Notes under the pieces: generated by a model
What the model saw: the letters and a program-made list of their open reading frames with translations, nothing else
Told to the model about the DNA's origin: nothing
The model's database searches: none
In this document: piece after piece, positions 52,301 to 64,000 of the stretch
Layout of the letters: each line of letters opens with the position of its first letter
Numbering within the stretch: position 1 is the first letter of the stretch
Position numbers and translations under genes: made by a program
DNA from: Guillardia theta CCMP2712
Lineage: Eukaryota; Protista; Cryptophyta
Assembly (NCBI RefSeq): GCF_000315625.1
Contig: NW_005434660.1
Coordinates: 680,738 to 744,737, forward strand
Direction of reading: 5' to 3'
DNA: 64,000 nt

Positions 52301-53288
52301 CGCTCCTCACGAAGCTCAGCTGGTCGAGGCTGTTGGACTTCGAGGCTGGAGGGTTTGCCTTGGCCCTCCACCCATACTGATCCACCTCTCCCTCCTCCCC
52401 CAGCACGTTCACGCACGCATGCTTGACCGCGTCCCACTGGTAAAACTTTCCTCCATGCTTCACATCCTTCATCTTGTCATAGCACTCTCGCTCGAGATCT
52501 TTCGTCTGATAGTCTAGCGTGTTATCCCGCATGTGAGGTGTCGGCGTCCTCCACCCGTACTGGTCAACCTCACCTGCAGGGATCACCATCTTGTAGTTGA
52601 ACGGTCCTTCCGTCGCCTGACTCTCGGAGTCCCCGTCCCTGCTGCCCCAGGTCAAGGAGGGGATGGGTTTGCCCTCCTTCATGCAGCTGTGGCTATCAGC
52701 ATCCCACGAGAACTTGTCTCCTCCTGACAGACAGGACTGCTTCATGTCAGCGTACTGGAACTCAAGCTGAGCATGCTCGGGGAGGTTCGACCAGGGTTCC
52801 TCAGGAGCGAACTGATCAGGAGTATCCTCAGCAGTCCCCTCGTAGTTCACGTAGAACTGGTTCTTGAAGTCGCTCAAATGATCCCATGGCTCTTGCGGCG
52901 AGAAGGCGTCATGCTCCTCGCTCTGGTGTAGCATCTCGACCCTTGACTGCGACTTGCCCGAATACCCCATGGCTTTCCTGTCGAAGTATGGTCGAAGCCA
53001 ACGCTCCTGTGAGGACAGCATGGCGTCTGCAGAAAGAAGCCGCGTGTTGCCACCACTGGCTGCCTGCAGAGTTCTCATAGCATCATTCTCGTCTGCGCCG
53101 CCGATGTCCGCCTCACTCCTTTGCATGCCGTACATGGTGAAACCACCTGCCAATGTGCTGGCTCCCTGAGGGTCCTGCATGCTCAGCAGCAGCAGCAGCA
53201 AGCAGCAGGTGCTCATCATAGTCATGAGCACGATCGCCGCACTTCTTGTCGGCGCACGCGCCATCAGCATCCTCGTCAGCCCCGTCAT
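49318..53288 (-). CDS. Signal-anchored protein with six two-Cys repeats, four DQ[YR]GWR motifs and two WW-like domains
   Basis: Exon 1 runs 53288-51438 (hydrophobic AAIVLMTMMSTCCLLLLLL). It splices in frame to FWTSGS..TFFFNHETNEIRWLKP and DWKKEIDLSSGEQFWKNRETGQKTWQDP, then further exons to a stop at 49318. Confidence 0.75.
50229..50325. repeat. (GAG)n microsatellite, intronic
   Basis: Directly visible. Confidence 0.95.
50510..50588. repeat. (GCAAGA)n microsatellite, intronic
   Basis: Directly visible. Confidence 0.93.
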
Positions 53289-53884
53289 CTGCCCCCCTCC
53301 TTCGCTACTGCTGCCATGGCGAACCGAAGAGCCACAGCCCTCATACAGCACAGGGCTCCGATCTGGGGCGGCCCCGAGCCGGCCTCAGGTCCCTTGCAAC
53401 GGTATCAACGGACATGCAAGAGCGGTACGGTAGGGAACCCGATGATGGATGCGATAGTAACAGCGATGATGCTTCATGAAGCGAGCTGTGCTAACTTGAA
53501 CTGTTGTTGAACATGTGAGTTAGCTTGCTCTTGGTCTCAGCTAGTTGTTCAGGTACTACAGCAGAGCAACGGCTGAGAACGAAGAACTAGTAGTGTCGGA
53601 GTGCAATGCAGATCAGATCAACTTGAGCACTTGTAGCATCGTGTCTTGATGTAAGGAAGTACCGTAGACCAGATAGCAACTAGAGAAAACAGGGAGGAGG
53701 CAACATGGATTCAAGACTTGTAGTCACAGTGGGCAGCAGAGCGAGCACTGTAGCGTCAGAAAGATGCAAACTTACTCGTAACTCTGACAGGTGCGGCTGA
53801 GATCACAGGAGCCTCATGAAACCTGATGATAGCACATGAAAATCAGATGAGAGAGTGACCAGATCATCACCGAGACAAGTTGAC

Positions 53885-55611
53885 ATGCAGGCGATCTTTG
53901 AGTCGGGGAGCTCGAACACTCCATCCTGCTGGGAGCTGCTGCAGAACGCGATGAGGAAGAAGGTGGGCAAGACTCGAGACCTCCTCGAATTCGCGATCAA
54001 AGTCCGATCGATCTTCGACGGGTTCGACGATGACGGGTCAGGGCAGATCAGCGCGGAGGAGCTGAGAAAGGCGCTGAGGTCGCTCGGGGTCAACGTGAGC
54101 GTGAAGGAGATGAACCTGCTGATGAAGCGCTTCGACCATAACGGCGATCAGTGCATCGACTTTCAGGAGTTCGAGGACATGGTCAAGGAGCTGATCCCTC
54201 CTCCCGAGTTCGACGTTGGCGGCATCTTCCTCGAGCAGAAGTTGAAGGTCAGGATGCGGGAGAGGGGAAGAGAGATGGTGGGAGGAGATGGGGAGCGGGG
54301 AGCGGGGAGAAGTGGAGAAGGGGGAGAAAGATGGGGAGGGAGAGGGAGAGAAGGACTGGGGGAGCGGAGGGGAGAAGAGAGGGGGGAGAGGGAGGGAGTG
54401 AGAGTGTGACGATCTCTGTGCCCTTGGCTGACTGGTGGTGGAGGCATCCTTCGAAAAGATGGACCTCAACGGGGACAAGACTCTGGACGCGGAAGAGATC
54501 AGGTGCTGCCGCTGCTCGGGGAGCGCGATGAGTGATGGGGGTGGAGCAGACTTGGACTGCAGGAGTTGGGCATTGACATGTCAGAGGAGCACCTGAAGCG
54601 AGTGATGGCAGTTGCAGACACGAGCGGGGATGGTACCGTGGACTACGACGAGTTCGTGCAGCTTTACTCCAAGTACCCCGTGAAGATTCAGAGTGAAGAG
54701 GAGCTTCTGCAGATCTCTCGCAAGTGGGAGCCACCAGAGATTCCCGTCAGGGACTGCAGGCCTCCCTGGAAGGATGACACGTGCAAACCTGGTGCTAGGG
54801 TGAGCCGAAACAGTTGTGTGCTGCAAAGCTGAGAAACTTGAGGAGGTCATGCTCATGGCATCCTGCCGCAGACTGCCTGGCTATCATAGGTACTTGTCTT
54901 GTGATCTCTACTCTCTCTCTCCCTAGTTTGCTCTCTGCCCGTCCCTGGCTCGCTCTCTCCCTTCACTCCCTCTCCTACCTCCCTCCCCTTCCTGCTCCAT
55001 TCCCGGTATCCTCTCGTTCTCGGCCCCTCTGTTGCTCTTCTTCCGTCCATTTCTCCGTATCTCTTTCCGTAGATCTCCATCCTCTTTCCAAGCCTCTTGT
55101 TACAGGTATCAAGGAGTAGGCGTACTGACAAGGCCAGTGGAGGGACAGCCAGGGCGATGGTGAGCGAAGAATGCTGTTATTGTTTTAGGTTGACGGAGAA
55201 GAAGGTTTGTTCGATTCCCAGGCGTGTCAGAGGTTTTCATGAATGTGGGCAAGAATGGAATCTATGAATTGTCTCATATTCATTCGGACCTGGCCAAGGA
55301 AGGGGCGAAGAAGGAGGTAAGCAGCTGCTCTTCTTCCTCGCTTCCTTTCTATGCTGTTGACCCAGCTCTCAGAACGAGCACCTCGAAGAGTTCGACAGTG
55401 ACTTGGAGGAGGAAAGGGATCTGGACGAGGTGAAAGGCTGGGAGGTCCGAGGACTCTATGTGTCCGAGCTGATTCACGTCAGGAGGACGACATGGAGGGG
55501 TTTCGAACAAGGCTGAAGCTCGCAAGACTATCAGCGCTGGTTTTCTTGCTCCTCATGTGAGGGTATGACATCTTCTCACTGTCACCCTTGCAGGAACTTG
55601 AGAACCTATGA
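53885..55611 (+). CDS. Calmodulin-like protein with four canonical EF hands and an acidic C-terminal extension
   Basis: Loops DDDGSGQISAEE, DHNGDQCIDFQE, DLNGDKTLDAEE and DTSGDGTVDYDE. The 3' end is approximate. Confidence 0.88.
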
Positions 55612-55992
55612 CGAAGAGTTTCTCTCTATAAACTTTCGACATTAGTTGGTTTCTCTCTATATAGTTGGGTGATCACGAGTATACTTTTGTGTTCACAACA
55701 TTTTTAATGCAATGTTCAACTTCCTTATGACATATGTGCAATCACGCTCGAGAAGTGATTTTAGGCTTGGCGCAGCACGAGGGATACGCATGTCAATGGT
55801 CAAAAGCAGGTAGAGGTTAGCGAGGCAAAAGAAACTCGGAGGAAGGCAGGGAGCGAAGGGGGTCAGAGCAAAGATGGGGAGGAAGGAACCGACTTCAGGT
55901 GAGCAGGCAGGACAGGGGGAGGAGCGCAGTAGCTTTGTGAGAATCAGTGTCTGAGCCTCGGAGGCTGTGAGTTGGGGAGACCGAGAGGTATG

Positions 55993-56123
55993 AGGGAGGG
56001 AGGGAGGGACCGGGAGGGACCGGGAGGGACCGGGAGGGAGGGAGGGACCGGGAGGGAGGGAGGGAGGGAGGGAGGGAGGGAGGGAGGGAGGGACCGGGAG
56101 GGAGGGAGGGAGGGAGGGAGGGA
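55993..56123. repeat. (GGGA)n / GGGACCGGGA low-complexity repeat
   Basis: Directly visible. Confidence 0.9.
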
Positions 56124-56289
56124 GAGCACCCTCGGAGCTCTCCGACCTACGACTTTTCCACTCCCCGTCTTTACCCCCATCTCCCAGTGACTAGCGCCGG
56201 CACATTATTAGGAGGAGACGTAGCGAAGGAGCCGTAATTTACACTCAACCTTGTCCACGGTACTAGTAAGTAAGAATAAAAAAAAGGTC

Positions 56290-57530
56290 GTCAAAGGTAC
56301 TGCCGCGAGGTGAAGGAGAGCTCCGAGGCGGCACTGGTCATTGCTAGTGCACCAGGGGTGGCGAAGTTCGTCCACGTATCCTCTCGGCGAGACGTTCTGT
56401 GGTCAATTTTTGTCGGGGGCACGGCAGTCCGACTCGGAGGCTCCGTGCCACGATCTCGCCGGATCTTCATGGCCGTCATTCATGATTGGCCGTACCGCCG
56501 GCCGCCGGGCGGCGTCACGTCACGAGTCCCGGCCGCCCCCGGTGTACCGGGTGCGCCCCCGGGCCGCGTGAAGTCACTGGCCCTGAAGTTTTTGACTTAA
56601 TCGAAGTTCAACTGTTTGAGTAACGAGTCCCCGTCGCCGCGGCTCAGTGCCGGACTCCGGCGGCCCGGGGACTCCCGGAGTCGGGGGCCCGGCCAGTACG
56701 GTATGCACCGTACCGTGGCACAGTGGGCCGCTCACTGCCCGGCCGTCCTCTCCGACTGAGTCTTGAAAGGTCACCGGGCAGCGCGCTAACCGTGGCCCAC
56801 CGACGGTCCGACGGCGGCGCGGCGCGTCCGGCGAAATTCACCGGGCTTCCGAAGCCTTGAAGTGCGGCGCAGCGGCGGCGGCGCCCGGGGCGCGCCCCCG
56901 CCGCTCACTGGCGGTTCACGCCGTTTGCCGGGCCCGCCGCCGGGCCGCCGCGGCGGGCGCCCCCCCGGCCGGCCTGAGTCACCCCGACGGTTCAGCCTCG
57001 GCGGCGGCGGCGCCCGCCGCCGGGCCGTACGGTCGGGAGTCCGATACCGTACGGTACTGTAGTACGGTACGGTCAGGCTCGCCGCCGGCCCGTCGGATCG
57101 TTCCGAAGTTCCGAAGTTCGGCGGGCGCCGCCGATGCGAGCGGCGGACTCGGGTTCCGGCCGCCGCAGTGTGAGTCTCACGGTGGACATTGAACGCCCCG
57201 GTGGCACTGGAGGCCCCGGCGGTGGCCCCGCGCCGCCGGCGCGGGGCCGGGATCATTTGCGACGCCGGGCCCGCCGCCCGCCGCCCGGAACCGTTCCAGC
57301 GGCAGCTAACTTAGAGCACCGTCGGTAACTCGTACTCAGATTTTTTTACTTACCTTCGATTTGAAATGAAGTAACTTGTAAAGTTCACTGATCGGACGTA
57401 AAGAGGATATGATCGGACCGTTCAAAATCGCCGGGCTCAGACGGTGAGCCCCCGGGCCCCCGGCCCGGGCAGCCGGCCGATCATCCGGGATCATGATCCG
57501 AGTCCGATCGGAGTCCCCACGGCGGCCTCT
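56290..57530. other. GC/CpG-rich palindrome-rich island
   Basis: ACCGTACGGT, TTCCGAAGTTCCGAAGTTCGG, GATCATCCGGGATCATGATCCG, CCCGGGCCCCCGGCCCGGG. Confidence 0.75.
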
Positions 57531-57714
57531 TGCTCCCGGGGGTCAACGGTAAAGAAGTGGCTGTGAAAAGAGATATGTTCGTTACACCAACAGAAAAAAA
57601 AATACGGGACCCTACCCTACTATCTCCTTTCGTCAGCCGACGTAGCCCTGGGGCATCGAAATCACGCTATTTCAGTATGATTTCGGATGTTTTTTTCCTT
57701 TCTGTGTCAGCAAC

Positions 57715-58415
57715 CTCCTGCCAGCCCCTTCCGATCTGAAGAGAACCCCACCCCCCATGGACGATGGCTGCTGTAGGATCACCCCTACCCACCCATAAAT
57801 ATAATAGGACCCCGTAGCTACCTCGTTGGGGGCTGCAACTGGCCATCACCCCACCCACTCCCCTCCAGAAACATCAAAACCCGAAAAACCGGCTTGCAAC
57901 CACCCCGGCCACCCTCACATGACCCACCCCCTCTTCACCCTACCCCCTTGCCCCTATAGCATCCCTTCATGCACCCCCCCATTTTCCTTCTGTCTCATAT
58001 GGTCCTCCCCATTACCCCTATTTCCCAGCTTGATGTAACTTCACCCCTCGGACCTACGAAAATCTTATCTTTATCGTCAAAGGTTCTTTTAGGAACACAG
58101 GATTTGAAAATTCACCCACCCTCACCCCGTATGCTGGGCTATTTTAGGGAAACACCCAAGGGCAGATATCAAGGGTACCATCATACATGGTACTTATCAT
58201 AATAAATGATCTAATTAATTCACCACTACCCCGATCTCCTCATCCTGTCATCTCGAAGTACAAAGAATTCAATACAAATTATCACTCAATGTTTTTCTCA
58301 TCAAAATCTCTCGAGTTTACCGTATTGCAAACCCTGGCCCCCGCCATCACCCCCACCCCCTGAAATACCACATTGAACTACCCCTACCCCTCATATCTCG
58401 AAGAATTCCCCCCGT
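57715..58415 (+). promoter_or_regulatory. C-skewed (T/C)ACCCC tract upstream of the second kinase
   Basis: Repeated CACCCC/TACCCC words on the + strand. Confidence 0.45.
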
Positions 58416-58653
58416 TTATCCTAATAAGAACCTCCGCGCCGCCTCCCTGCTCTACCCGCATATTCGCAGCCACGGACAAGATCAGTCTGAGAGCATAAGG
58501 AAGCAGCGAGCGAGAGGATCTGGGAAGTAAAGAGAGAAGAAGGAAACACGAGTGAAAACCTGAGCATCAATCCGCGGCATAGAACTACCTGGATCAAAGG
58601 TTGAAGTGCTTTGAAGGCAGCCAGTTCAACTTTGAAACCACTTTGAAAAGAAT

Positions 58654-59661
58654 ATGTATATCGTCCAAGGAAAGCCAGGGGAGAGTTCATTGTACCCCTA
58701 TACGCAGTCCCTGCTGCCAGAAGCAGCAAAAATATCAAATGACGCAACTATCCATCACCCCCAGGAGGCTTTCATGAAGGTGACCCAAGGACATTGGGAG
58801 GTGAGAGAAGACGAAGTACAATGGGGGCAGAAGATCGGAGAAGGAGCGAATGCAGTTGTCTTCAAGTGCAAGGTTCGAGGAGTCACATGCGTGGCCAAGC
58901 GGCTGAAGAAGGGGATGCAAGCGAGGTCTCAATCGTACAAGGATCTGATCATGGAGCTTGACATCTTGACAACAGTCGCCCTCCAGCCTCACTCAAACCT
59001 GGTTCGATTCATCGGAGCGAGCATCTGGGACCCGGAGAACCCGATCATCTTCGAGGAGTACGTTAACGGCCCTACGTTGGACCGATACCTCTTGGCGCGC
59101 TTCGGCAATCGTATGGGGCGCAAGACTATCTTCTCATGGAGCCTCGACATCCTCAAGGCCCTGGACTACCTGCACAGTCGCGACCCCATCATTCTCCATC
59201 GCGACGTCAAGCCTGCGAACCTTATGCTCACTCGAGACTTGACGACGCTGAAGCTGGCAGACTTCGGGATGTGCAAGCCTGTGGACAGGTCAGTCAGAGA
59301 CGTCGTCAAGCACCACGGGCATACGGGAACGCTGAGGTACATGGCGCCTGAGGTTCTCTCACAGAGACTGGGCAACTACAACGAGAAAGCGGATATCTAC
59401 TCGGCTTCTCTTGTCTTGTGGTACTTGGCAACCTGCCAGCGTCCGCCCGACAACGACTTGCAGCGGATCTACGAGCGGCCGGAGCTCGAGGCTGTTAAGT
59501 GGCCCAGCTTTGAAGGGCTGATTCAACGCATGTGGGCCCAGGATTCCAACCAGCGACCGTCAGCGAGGGAGTGCATGGATGCGATGAATGCTTTCCCGGA
59601 CAAGCCGGACATCAGCTCAGGAATCGCCCCTGGCAGGCCAACATGCTGCAACTTACAGTAA
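58654..59661 (+). CDS. TKL-group protein kinase with an uninterrupted catalytic domain and a C-terminal CaaX-like motif
   Basis: IGEGANAVV, VAKRL, HRDVKPANL, DFG, GTLRYMAPE, ADIYS; ends TCCNLQ*. The true start may be the Met at about 58774. Confidence 0.92.
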   Translation: MYIVQGKPGESSLYPYTQSLLPEAAKISNDATIHHPQEAFMKVTQGHWEVREDEVQWGQKIGEGANAVVFKCKVRGVTCVAKRLKKGMQARSQSYKDLIMELDILTTVALQPHSNLVRFIGASIWDPENPIIFEEYVNGPTLDRYLLARFGNRMGRKTIFSWSLDILKALDYLHSRDPIILHRDVKPANLMLTRDLTTLKLADFGMCKPVDRSVRDVVKHHGHTGTLRYMAPEVLSQRLGNYNEKADIYSASLVLWYLATCQRPPDNDLQRIYERPELEAVKWPSFEGLIQRMWAQDSNQRPSARECMDAMNAFPDKPDISSGIAPGRPTCCNLQ

Positions 59662-59875
59662 CAAACCACCAAGTCAACACTTCCAATCGTTTCTTCATTG
59701 TTTGTAATTTACGCGGGCTGGACAGAGTTTTACTTGTGATTTGATTTTTTTCTTCTTGTCTTGATTTAGTAAGGTGTGATAAAGAGTCTTAAACGCTTTT
59801 ATTGATGCTCCCTATTTGATCCTTTCTCAACTCGAAAGACACTCTCGCACCTAAACACCCGCGTCGGTCATGTCC

Positions 59876-62344
59876 TCACATATACACGTCGTCGAACTCT
59901 TGACGGACAAGTTTCTGAAGTCGTGGTCAGGGTTCGAGTGCAGAGAGCGTCGAGTTTACCTCCAGGTGGGGAACGTCGAGGAAGAAAAGATGAATATCGG
60001 GACTCATCAGATCCTTCGGGTGCCTTCCAGCCGGGTTCCAAGTCTGCACCCTATCAGCCTACTCAATTTCAGATGTTCTCCCGCTCACGTTGGGGTCAAA
60101 TCGCTCGGGAGTATCCAGCATAGTCCTGATCTCCTTGGCGATGAGGAGATCATTGTACCTGGAAGGCAAGACAGTCAGTCACACGTGCACTTGACAGTCA
60201 GTGGGATGCATGCCTGACGAAACGAAGCAACGCATACAGTAGGATGTTCCTTGGGATGGGAATTTTGTGGGAATCCATGAACAGGATGAACTGGCAGCAT
60301 GTCAGCAGTACTTCAAGGAGGAAGCTTGCCACCTCTCGAGCTTCGTTGATCAGGAGGTTGTCTAGGAGCTGCATTAGAATCCAGGAGATTTCTTGTTTCA
60401 GGTCTGCATCACGCCATCAGAGCCCCTGTGCTTCACTCCTCACGAATCATACGTTTTAGCAGGATGGGATTGGCGACGACCAGTTGGAAGCAGAACTGCG
60501 AGCATTGATGCACCAGCAACCCACGAATGGCGGCGGTAATGTGATACCTGAAATTACCAAGGGAACACAGTCATCCACAGAGGAAACCAAGTGTATGAAT
60601 CACAGGATGTCTTTCATCCCAGCGTCCGAGAGATTTAAATCCTTCGCTGCACGCAGCCATCATGAGCCTTCCCAGGATCTCCAACGAACGTGTCCACGTC
60701 CGCACCATCCTCACCTGTTCCTTGCTCGTCGAACTTGAGCACAGGCACGAAGATGTTTACTAGGAGCTTCTTCCAGACTTCCACGCTTTCGGCCTGGGCC
60801 CTGGTCACGTCTACACCACCAGAAGGACGTCCTACCTGCATGCCAGTGACTCTGACCCCGTCCTGACATGCCCTGTGCAGATTCTTGACCATGGCTATGA
60901 GGCTTTCATCCAAGTTGAGGATAGAAGCCATGTCTTGCTGCTCAGAGGACTGTCAGCACTGACCAAGGGATGGAGCAGACGGACCTTGAACGTCCTGATC
61001 TCCTTGTCTATGCACACCACACATGTTTTCTGGTCGATGGGGAGATCTATGCTCGTCTGATCGGTCAACGGGCCGTAGTAGAGGAGAATCTGATCCGCGA
61101 CGGGGACGTCCAGCTGCACTTCCACCTGCTTCTTGATCTCATCTAGCTGGGCGTCAGGGCGCACCTTGAGACTGAGACGGGTGTGCAGGTAGCAGATGTT
61201 CAACGTCGACGTCCCCTGCTCCATTCCGCTGCTTGCCTCCCTCATCATCCTCGGCACTTTGATCGGGCCTCTCCTCCCCGGCCGCTGCGTCACCCTCTGC
61301 TTCGGATCGGTCGAGCAGTAGAAGTGGATCAGTTTCAGGCACGCCAGCAGGTTTCCGTTCTGCATGTTGGGGCCCAGGCATCCGTTGAGGGTGTGGAAGA
61401 GCTGCCAGCGAGACAGGGACAGGCCCTTGAGGTACTTGTCCTCAAGAATCTCCACGCCGTAGCTTCCGAACCCGTTGGCTGAGATCTTCTCGAAGAAGAC
61501 AAAGTACTTGCGGTCGGGGGAGAAGTTGTGGAGGGACTGGGCAACCGCCAGGTAGCGGTGCTCGATGGCGTACTTGAAGGCGTTGCCTATGAACTCGCGA
61601 TCTGGCATGCACCCGTGCGAGTTCATCCTGTTCATGATGAGGGCGATCATGAGCCCAAGGTTGTGCTCGATGTTTTCGGGGACAGGATGGAAGGGGCTTT
61701 CAAAGAAGCTGTCTCCGAAAGAATGCTTCATCACATCCTCTAGCTCCTTGAAGAACGGGGCCCCGTCCTTGGTTTGGGACGGCCGGAGGAAATCTCTTAC
61801 AGCACACTGGAGTGCAACCTTATAAGCATCCATGGGGGGAAGAGTTGCTGTCAAGATGTCCATATCTATGGCTCGGATGACGTCTCGGAAACTTGCTTTC
61901 TTGTTGTAAAGTTCTTGCCACGGGCCTTCGGCCACATGCGCCTGCTTTTGCACCTGAGGACCAGCACAGAGAAACCTTCTCTGAGCACACACAACGATGT
62001 CAGTATACCTCCATCAAGATGGGATCGACATCTTGCACAGAAATACCTGAGTATTCACTCCCTGCAGCCTCGAAGCATGGCAGCGCGCCTCGCACCACCC
62101 GGCTAGGTTGGTTGTATCCATCACGCGCCCGCGCGTGCCAGCAAGGATCCTGGCAGTAGGAGGGGGGAAGAGGAGGTGCAACCCGATCATCTGTCTGTTC
62201 ATGGCTGAGCTCATCGCTCTCGTTATCATGTTCGCTCTCCTCGTCATCCTTCCGATCTCCATCCTCTCCCACACCATCGCCGCCCTCAAGCCCTGCGCCA
62301 GGCGCATGACTGTCTCTGACCCTTTCGTCCTCATCCCCGCTCAT
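59876..62344 (-). CDS. Hypothetical protein with an internal ubiquitin-like domain
   Basis: LSLKVRPDAQLDEIKKQVEVQLDVPVADQILLYYG is UBL-like. The 365-aa main exon and short-intron-separated 3' exons end ...EFDDVYM*. Confidence 0.7.
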
Positions 62345-62354
62345 TCCAGGGAGT

Positions 62355-62650
62355 TCGCCCGGCGGCCCTGCCGGCGGCCCGGGCCCGGGCCGATATCACA
62401 CGCCTGAGTGACAATGATCGTCGGCGGGGCCAGAGAAGGGGCGAACTTATAGCCCTGCTTTTGTACGACCCGGCGTGATCGGACGGTGGCCGCGCACGCC
62501 CGGCCGCGACTCGGCGGGGGGCGGCGCGGCGGACTAGTAGGCGAGTCCGAGTCCGCGGCAGCCGGCGCGGCCGAGAGTCAGTGGAGTCTCGGATCGGACC
62601 GTCCGACCGTACCGCAAGTTGAACTTTCCGAAACTTTGGCACTGTCTGGC
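62355..62650. other. Short GC/CpG-rich palindrome-rich island immediately upstream of the UBL gene
   Basis: GGCCCGGGCCCGGGCC, TCGGATCGGACCGTCCGACCGTACCG, AAGTTGAACTTT. Confidence 0.7.
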
Positions 62651-62784
62651 AGCAGTGCGAGCGGAAGAGATCTGTACAGTAAGTTGTATTCCACGAATGA
62701 ATAAATTAGAAACAATACCAGGAGGAAAGAATGAGAGGGAGGTAGTAAGACATGGGCAACTGATTGGGCCCGACATGACATTCT

Positions 62785-64000
62785 CTATCTCGAGATCTTG
62801 ATCGCCTTCTCGTACCCTCCACGGGAGTTGACCTGCACCAAACAGTCAAGCCTGAGGCATCGAGGCGTCAACGGTCATCACATGACGATTCTTGTCAGGG
62901 TGCTGAACCCCAAGGAAGTAGTTCTCGGTGCCCTCCTTCAGATGAGAGAACTCCGTGGCAAAATCTTCCCCGGCAAGTCAGGCAGGGATAGAGGAACGAA
63001 GGAGGGAGAGCACTGAAAGATGTATAATGCCTAGGGAGCGAAGGGAGGCAGGCTCAGCTAGAGATCATTACCTGAGTCGCTCTCTTCGATCACTGAGCCG
63101 TTTCCTGTCCGCACCAGCACAACAGGCCACTCTTTCGAGCTCTCGTCATGGCTGATCGCCAGCAGCTGCTTCCTGACTTTGGTTTTGACCGCATCAAAAT
63201 CCTCGTCCTGCCCACAGACAGTCAGCCATGCTCGCAGAAGGGCGCTAGCTCCCACCACATGCATGCGGATGAGGAAAGGCTCTCCGTACGTGCGGGGGAT
63301 GAGACCATTCCTCTGACCCTGCTCGGGATCAGCTGTCACAGAAACGAGGATCAGGAGCAGATCTGGGGCTACCTTGTCGAATTCGAAGTGAGAGACTCTG
63401 ACCAGAAGGGATCCTTGAGCCTTGGCCGGGTTCTTCAGCCCACCGGCAGCTGCTGATACTGAGATTGCGTACAGACTTCTGGCCTCTGCTTGCCCCAGCC
63501 TCAAGACATCCTCCTCGCTTTCCTCGCTCTCTGCATCGAAGATCTCGTTGATCTTACCTTTACCAACATGACATATGTATATTTCAGGCGCCAAGTCCAA
63601 CTTTTGTTTCTTGATGCTCTCCAAGATAGCGTTGATCAAGTTCTTCTCCTTTTCAATGAGAAACTCTTCTCTGACGTCCCCCAGCAAGCACACTCGCAGC
63701 AGATGCTTCGTCTCAAGCTCACGAATGTCGAAAGAAAGCTCTTGGAAGTACAAAATGTTCTTGTCCCAGCTCGACAAGAGATTCTCCAACGTGACCCTAT
63801 CATCTCTCTGTGCTGGTTTCTGTTCCGGACCATCATTATTCGAGCTGTGCCTGTACAATTGTATGTGGAACTCTTCTGCTTGCTTCCCATTCAATCGACT
63901 TTCTTCAGCGTTCAACATCTTCACGATAATCCCACAAATCTTGTCATAAGAATCTCTGAGATGAACCTTCACTTGGAACAAGTCCTTCGTTCGGTCACTG
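62785..64000 (-). CDS. USP7: 3' part of a ubiquitin-specific protease 7 (USP7/UBP12-13-like), C-terminal UBL region
   Basis: VRVSHF...YGEPFLIR...EDFDAVKTKVRKQL, FLGVQHPDK and terminal YEKAIKI, matching the USP7 C-terminal activating tail. Confidence 0.8.

Overview
Gene-dense eukaryotic nuclear DNA with about 16 spliced genes, many very short introns (about 43-60 nt, GT..AG, often with a CTGAC/TTGAC branch point), microsatellite-filled longer introns and four N gaps. The style resembles a cryptophyte alga such as Guillardia theta, which is my inference. Recognisable genes: two protein kinases, two EF-hand proteins, a TPT/nucleotide-sugar transporter, an RCC1-repeat single-pass membrane protein, an SK/KCNN-like channel, a giant Trithorax/MLL-like SET protein, a ubiquitin-like-domain protein, the 3' end of USP7 and several signal-anchored hypothetical proteins. 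Main observations: (1) the roughly 3,900-aa H3K4 methyltransferase has an MBD-like domain, 7 Tudor-like domains, 4 ARIDs and Sin3-type PAH domains attached to an MLL1-type core; (2) an oriented upstream architecture (palindrome-rich CpG island, AT-rich spacer, strand-skewed (T/C)ACCCC tract) recurs in front of four genes; (3) the channel has a GVGYG selectivity filter; (4) a signal-anchored protein carries an unrecognised two-Cys repeat, DQYGWR motifs and WW domains; (5) the first kinase has a hidden 1-nt frameshift. All gene models and domain calls were made by eye, with no database searches.
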